A stretch of DNA of 64,000 nt from Blasia pusilla (lineage: Eukaryota), in assembly GCA_050084515.1 (NCBI GenBank), contig CM114271.1:18910001-18974000 (forward strand). The letters are read 5' to 3'. The notes under the pieces are model-generated. The model saw only the letters and a program-made list of their open reading frames with translations, did no database searches and was not told where the DNA came from. This document shows, piece by piece, positions 60,850 to 64,000 of this stretch (positions within the stretch are counted from its first letter, which is position 1; every line of letters starts with the position of its first letter). The translations under genes and the position numbers were made by a program.

Positions 60850-61900
60850 CCGTATTTGTGAACTTGCGTCCATCCTATAGAGAGACTTTTCCATGTGGGC
60901 TCCATATCCCCCTTATTTCTCATCCCCCCACTTGCCTTCGTGATCCGCACTTTCTCCATGGACATGGATGGCAAAAAGTGTGGACATGCTCAACTCCGGC
61001 TGAAATCAAACACTGAGTGGTCACACACATGTTGAACTAATAGTCAAATCATAGTCTCGAGTATGAGGCTTTCAGTTTCAAACTTGCACAAAGCAATTTG
61101 GACTAGGGTTGGCGAAATCAAGGTGTTGCAATCAGATTAGTTGGTCACGAAGTCCAAACTTAGCTACAAAGTTTGCGCTTGCTAGATTGCTACAAGATGC
61201 CTACAAGACAGACACATCTATACTCTCAATTTCTAAAATTTTCACACTCTTGGATATTAGAGTGTGAAACATAATTCCTTTTAGTGGAAAAAGGCTTCAC
61301 CTTTCATTTGGATTTTTTGGCCCAGGTTGTACAACGCTCTTATATAAATCAAAGCATATTGCATTCATCTAAGGGCCAAATCCTCATATATTTTGGCCCA
61401 TGGCACTCGTAACAGATAAACACCGATCATCTTTGCTAAAATAACACAAGGATTCCAAAGATATTGAGAAGAAGAGATCCATACAAAATTTTTTCCCTTT
61501 GATGGTTCAAGATGATGATTCTTCATTCTTTCATTCATTGTGTTAGCAACTATTGACAAGAAAGACTTGGAATCATTCTACCTTTAATTTTTGCCATTGT
61601 AATATTCATCTCCCAATTGCACATTAGAGAAGATCACTAGACAACAATATTATAGATCCTTGTTGTGCGTATATGTCTCCTACAATTTCGCTTGGCCCAA
61701 TATCCAAGATCCGCACGATCACCAAGTTGCAAAAAATAAAAGACTTCAGTAGCCACACATCTGAAAATATCATGCAATCATTCTTCTCTACATTTCTAGC
61801 CCAATATATGTACAAGTAAGGGAATTTAGTCTCGGTGTATTTTAGGGCTTTATTTTCTCTTCGGCTGCAATACAAACCTTTAACCAGACATGAGACCACA
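60850..61900 (-). mobile_element. Highly decayed Mutator/MULE-like transposase remnant
   Basis: MCLSCRHLVAI at 61217-61185 resembles a SWIM finger (xGLPCRH), followed by RKCGSRRQVG at ~60955-60926, which resembles the C-terminal zinc knuckle. Many stops; boundaries are approximate. Confidence 0.4.
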
Positions 61901-62755
61901 TGGCGTACCTACCTACCATGGTGGTGGCCTAAGCTGAACAAAAAGTGAATAAAGTAGTGGAAGAAAATTCTTCTACAAGGTGATGCACCACATTCTCATG
62001 TATTGTAAGTTGTTGAGCAAGAGAGATGCATGACTATGCCAAGCTAGTGGTTATCGAGAGAATGAAGCATGATCATACTCGTCACTAGATGCATGGCAAC
62101 ATATACATAAGAGTGGTGGTCAACATGAGGGCAGACTGTACGATTAATTCAAGACATGAACTTAGAACTTAAGGTTGATTCAGCCTATGTATAAGCAGTC
62201 CTTACTTTAAGAGCATCAAATGGTAGGTGCTCTTTAAGGGTATGGATTTGAACATCGTTTAAAAGGTTTGTATAGATCTGCAAGTTTCATATGTCATTCT
62301 AAAACTCCCATATTGCATGTGTATGAATGTGACACATAAGAAGATATTAAGATGGGGAGTTGAGATCATACTTCATTATGCGGAAGTTATAGAGGTGCGG
62401 CAAGAATAATCAGCAAGCATGGAGGCGAGAACATGTGGTTGTCTAAACAATATTGTGTTTGAGGAATGAAAAACTCCATAACAACAAGTAGAAAAAAGTC
62501 TCTAGGAACAACAAGCTCACATATGGATGAGGTGAGAACCTCACCTAACTGAAAATAAAAAGAGTAATATGAAAAAATGATGTTGGTAGTGTGGAAGCAT
62601 GCCTTGTGACTTTTTCTTCTTCTTTTTTGGAAACTCTGACGTCTATTGCTCTCATTGTAGGAGGAGCGGGTATTTTTGGTTATAAAATATATGACAATGA
62701 GCGTGAAATGCTCGAAAAGACCAAGCCCTAGACCAAAAAGATTAAGAGCTTAACC

Positions 62756-62884
62756 AAAATAATAGAAAGTGTGAGTTGGCTAAAAGGTAAAGTTGATTGA
62801 CATAACACATCACTATATTTTTGTATGTATAAAGTTAATAGAAATAAAATAATAGAAAGTGTGAGTTGGCTAAAAGGTAAAGTT
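62756..62884. repeat. Perfect 39-bp direct repeat, 90-bp spacing
   Basis: aaaataatagaaagtgtgagttggctaaaaggtaaagtt at 62756 and 62846. Confidence 0.9.
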
Positions 62885-64000
62885 AGACGTTGCAACAATC
62901 ATGTGTGCAAAATAAGAGCGGAATGGATTAATTGCAAAAAAATTGTGGCAAACCAAGATCACAAGATTGTCCATCATTGTAGTAGAGTTGTTATTGAGCA
63001 CGCTATAAGTAACTCTAAAATTGAGCATGAGAGCATGAGTGTATGAACAGAGCATTTGATTAAATTGTCAAGAGTATTGGTGAGATCACTAGTCTATGTT
63101 GATCATGAGCTAGTAGTTAAATAGATATTCAATATATAGTAGAGACCTGACTCCGAAGCTTGCTATCAAGCTCTATGTACTCTCTAATTTCCTTGGAGAA
63201 CTCTTTGAACTGAGTCTTGGCAGCCTCTAGCTTTTGAAGAATTTGAACCACATGAGCTAGTTTATCTGCCTTAACACGGCTAGCTTCTTAAGCCACGCCA
63301 AGAAGATCAGTGAGAATGTTAAATTCAATACCAAGCAAAAAAGATTGTTCTTCAGCTTCATCCACTATTGAACTAATAAGGTTGTAATCGCTATGGGAAG
63401 AGTGTTCTCAAAATCTGTACATAGGTCGGTATAAGAAGGTATCTCTTCTTTACCTGAAGTCCAATTTGAGTAGCCCTAGACAACATAAGTATTATGTGAT
63501 TCTTGCAAAATAAAGTGCAAGTGTGATACAAAATAAACAAAAATCAGCTAGAATTGAGTTGTCCTAACCCTAAGTTGAAGGTCATTAGAATCTGCAAAAT
63601 ACAAAGCATTGGTAGGTCAGGTTTAATCTTAGAATATGATGACACAGAAAATGTACATGTTAAATAGAAAAGGAAGAGGATGATGTGCAAGAGTTGGTAC
63701 TACCTGCAAAAAAGTCTACTAGGTGCACTTGCGTTTGCTTACAGACTACAAAGTTAAACCAAAATCCGCAATCTGGGCTTGTGTAACATATGGCAAAGGT
63801 GGAATAGAAGCATGGATTCCAGACTTAGATGAACTAGCTTGATCTTGAGGAGGATTGGATGATAACCTAACAATGTCATCAAAGTCGAGTAGAATAGGAA
63901 AATGGCTAAGAATATTTTCAACATCAATAGGGATAGGCTTAAAGGCCGGTATTTGGCCATTGTCTTGGAGAGTCTTCATTCTTCATTCTATCAATAAGGT

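Overview
Intron-rich eukaryotic nuclear DNA from a land plant. The gene families, long GC-rich 5' leaders and a CRE-type retroelement suggest a non-seed plant such as a bryophyte; this is inference only. Three protein-coding genes are well supported: (1) the 5' end of a PAO2/3/4-type polyamine oxidase on the - strand, running off the left edge; (2) a complete 15-exon chloroplast FtsH7/9-type protease on the - strand; (3) a small plant single-pass membrane protein of unknown function (At3g53490-like) on the + strand. The window also holds a near-full-length but frameshifted CRE-clade non-LTR retrotransposon, a decayed LRR-RLK kinase fragment, a Mutator-like remnant, a solo-LTR-like segment, and mini/microsatellites. 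Several GC-rich islands have no recognisable protein (8-9, 15.3-16.5, 19.3-20.4 and 24.3-33.7 kb). The two most interesting signals are an AUG-less, PP/PPG-containing candidate conserved-peptide uORF in the polyamine oxidase leader, and a stem-loop + TTTTTATCGAAGTnCAT module present both at the CRE 3' end and again about 520 bp downstream. All protein-family calls come from motif recognition by eye; no database searches were run.
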